Positions 61,862 through 64,000 of a stretch of 64,000 nt of DNA are shown here, piece after piece. The stretch comes from Terriglobia bacterium (GTDB lineage: Bacteria > Acidobacteriota > Terriglobia > 20CM-2-55-15). The number at the start of each line of letters is the position of its first letter. Position 1 is the first letter of the stretch. The position numbers and the translations under genes are program-made. The DNA is taken from the NCBI GenBank assembly GCA_965198225.1, contig CBDAOY010000008.1, positions 128,001-192,000 on the forward strand, given 5' to 3'. The notes under the pieces are model-generated. The model was not told where the DNA came from and made no database searches. It saw only the letters and a program-made list of their open reading frames with translations.

Positions 61862-61886
61862 GTGTAGGTGCGGTCTATGACCGCAC
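61862..61886 (+). repeat. GTAG-type REP, single copy
   Basis: GTGTAGGTGCGGTCTATGACCGCAC. Confidence 0.82.
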
Positions 61887-61926
61887 ATCTGCACGTCAAA
61901 GTGGGATTTCGATTCGTCGATACCGG

Positions 61927-63159
61927 TCAGTGCTGGGAGTTCTTGTAGATCCGACCGCCCTTCATGACGAACACGACGCGACCCAGGGCGCCGATGTCTT
62001 CCAGCGGATTGCCGTCGACGGCAATGATGTCGGCAAGCTTTCCGGCCTCCAGATTCCCGACTGTCTCGGAAAGGCCGAGTGCCTCGGCGGCGACAACGGT
62101 CGCGCTGACGATGGCCTGTTCCGGGCTCATTCCGTTCGCGACCCGGCGTTCGAACTCCGGGAAGGTGTTACCGGCCATACCGGCTACTGCATCCGTCCCG
62201 AACGCGATCACTACGCCTCGCTCGACCGCTTTGCGGAACACCTCCTCCCGGGGCGGCAGCAGACGGCGCGTCCACTCGAGTTGTTCTTCGTTGAACGGAA
62301 ACTTGTCGGCGTTGGCCAGGTAATAACGCGACAGGTAGAGGTTCGGCACGTAGTAGGTGCCCCGTTCCGCCATCAGGTCGATCGTCGCGTCGTCGAGCAG
62401 CGCGCCGTGCTCGATCGTCCGCGCTCCGGCGAGAATCGCCCGGCGCGCACCTTCCGCCGCGTGAGCGTGCGCCGCGACGGGCTTGCCAGCCTTGGTGGCT
62501 TCTTCGATCGCGACACTCAACTGCTCAAAGGAGTAGGTTGGGGTTCCTCCAGAGCGGCTGCTGAGGGTAGCAAATATCTTCAGGACGTCCACGTTGCCTT
62601 CCATCTGCTTGCGGACGAACTCGCGTACCGGCGTGATCAGGTCTGTCGGCGCCCTCCCGGCCTCGGCCAGTGCGCCCTCGGCCGCCGGGACCTGCCCATC
62701 CGATACCCCCTCGCCCGAAGCGAGAAGTCGCGGCCCGGGGACGACTCCCGCCTCGATGGCATCCCGCAGATCCACATCGACGAAATCCGGCGCTCCCAGG
62801 CTCCGAACGGTCGTGAAGCCGCTCTCCAGGAACTTGAGCGCATTTGCGGCTGCATGGAGCGCCGTCGCGGAGCGACGTTCACCCCGCCCGTCGAAGTGAG
62901 CCGCGATGTGGACATGGCAGTCGATCAGCCCGGGAAGGACGGTGTAGGAGCGGAGATCGACCAGGGTCGCGCCGGCTGGAATCGACCCTGACGATTCGAC
63001 GGAAACGATCTCCTCGCCCTCGACCAGAATGATGACGTCTTCGAGCACCTGCCCGTGCCCGTCGATCGCTATCCGTGTCCGGAGGGCGTAGTTCTGTGCG
63101 GATGCCGGCAGCGCCACCAGCGCCACCAGTACCCAGAGAGATGCGCGGAATAATCGCAT
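61927..63159 (-). CDS. Metal-dependent amidohydrolase (prolidase-like) with signal peptide
   Basis: PGLIDCHVH, GFTTVR, AAHAH, IEHG, FGTD and GKLADI. Confidence 0.9.
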   Translation of the reverse strand: MRLFRASLWVLVALVALPASAQNYALRTRIAIDGHGQVLEDVIILVEGEEIVSVESSGSIPAGATLVDLRSYTVLPGLIDCHVHIAAHFDGRGERRSATALHAAANALKFLESGFTTVRSLGAPDFVDVDLRDAIEAGVVPGPRLLASGEGVSDGQVPAAEGALAEAGRAPTDLITPVREFVRKQMEGNVDVLKIFATLSSRSGGTPTYSFEQLSVAIEEATKAGKPVAAHAHAAEGARRAILAGARTIEHGALLDDATIDLMAERGTYYVPNLYLSRYYLANADKFPFNEEQLEWTRRLLPPREEVFRKAVERGVVIAFGTDAVAGMAGNTFPEFERRVANGMSPEQAIVSATVVAAEALGLSETVGNLEAGKLADIIAVDGNPLEDIGALGRVVFVMKGGRIYKNSQH

Positions 63160-63203
63160 TTCGACTCCTCCTCAGAGGGGAAAACGGCGAGTCTTTCGCC
63201 AAG

Positions 63204-63243
63204 AAAAAACCCACGCCACCGTGCTCAGCACGATGGCGTGGGT
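63204..63243 (-). terminator. Rho-independent terminator after the TonB receptor gene
   Basis: Minus-strand stem-loop ACCCACGCCATCGTGCTGAGCACGGTGGCGTGGGT followed by a T run. Confidence 0.8.
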
Positions 63244-63268
63244 CGAGGTTGGTCGCTCAGCCTTCCGG

Positions 63269-64000
63269 CTAGAACGAATACTTCAGGAACAGCTGAGCCG
63301 CCCGAGCGGGTTGCAGGCTCCTCATCCCTGTCTGGTACCGGCTGGTCTGGTAGATGCGGTTTGCACCGCTTTCCCACTGGTAGAAGGAGTTGCTGTTTGC
63401 GACGTTCATGAAGTTGAACGAAATCTCAACCGCCTGAGAATCGCTGATCTGGAACTCCTTCCCGACCTTGATGTTCATGTTGTGGACATTCGGGGCCTTG
63501 AACTGGCCCTCTCCGCGCGTCGGGAACTCGATCCGGAACCGGGTCGCCAGCGGGTTGGACTGGGTCGTCCCGTTCGGAAGCGTGAACCGGGAAGGCCCAT
63601 AGGTCGGATCGCCGGCCGAAAGCCGATTCTTGACCACACCGTTGAAGGAACCCTGGTTCAGCGTGTAGCCGCTGGAAACCTTGATCCCGTAAGGCGCGTC
63701 CCACTGACCCATGAAGCTGAACGTGTAGTGCTTCCAGATGTCCTGGCTGCCGCCGTCGCCCGAGGTCAGGCTGTTCTCGGAGCCGTTGCCACGGGTATCT
63801 TCCAGACCCTTGTTGTCCGGAAACGTCGACGGCTGAATGAACCGCGCCGGATCGGTCGGGTTCCAGTCGCCGCTGATGTTGTGTTTCTGGACACCCAGGG
63901 TGCCGTAGAGCATGAAGTTGTTGCTCATGTTCTTCGTCACCGTGAAATCCCCGGCCCAGAGGTTGTTCCGGCTGTAGGTATTGTTCGTCTGCTGCCGGAC
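63269..64000 (-). CDS. TonB-dependent receptor (Oar-like), C-terminal part
   Basis: Amphipathic beta strands, FMNVAN and terminal ARAAQLFLKYSF; the frame is open beyond the window edge. Confidence 0.8.
   Translation of the reverse strand, partial: VRQQTNNTYSRNNLWAGDFTVTKNMSNNFMLYGTLGVQKHNISGDWNPTDPARFIQPSTFPDNKGLEDTRGNGSENSLTSGDGGSQDIWKHYTFSFMGQWDAPYGIKVSSGYTLNQGSFNGVVKNRLSAGDPTYGPSRFTLPNGTTQSNPLATRFRIEFPTRGEGQFKAPNVHNMNIKVGKEFQISDSQAVEISFNFMNVANSNSFYQWESGANRIYQTSRYQTGMRSLQPARAAQLFLKYSF

Noticed and set aside
15849-61886. GTGTAGGTGCG... repeats as CRISPR repeats
   Set aside because: They are dispersed, occur as inverted pairs with short spacers, form no tandem array, and no cas genes are present; they fit REP elements.

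Overview
GC-rich bacterial window, probably Acidobacteriota (inferred from the gene repertoire: Hanks kinase + PD40 propellers, DUF1592/DUF1552/ankyrin operon, DUF5916, many signal-peptide enzymes). It has no rRNA, tRNA or CRISPR array. Positions 0.6-11 kb hold a rearranged, decaying cluster of Ser/Thr kinase-TM-beta-propeller receptors with only one intact copy. The rest carries exported hydrolases and oxidoreductases, two toxin-antitoxin pairs, recQ, a Pot-like ABC operon, a heme c DUF1592 operon and the 3' end of a TonB-dependent receptor. The most striking element is an ORF-less group II intron twintron (30737-32383): a copy of the intron sits inside the conserved domain III motif of the same intron, and the whole element lies antisense in a membrane-protein gene. 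The two insertion sites share a 16-nt consensus that the intron's own EBS1/EBS2 explain. Other highlights are a UGA/SECIS selenoprotein peroxiredoxin split by the ORF caller, a ~276-bp structured MITE family with co-varying ends, GTAG-type REP heterodoublets, paired outward-facing IS6 ends around a Tat-exported HDAC, and many microhomology deletions and frameshifts that could reflect decay or amplification/assembly artefacts.
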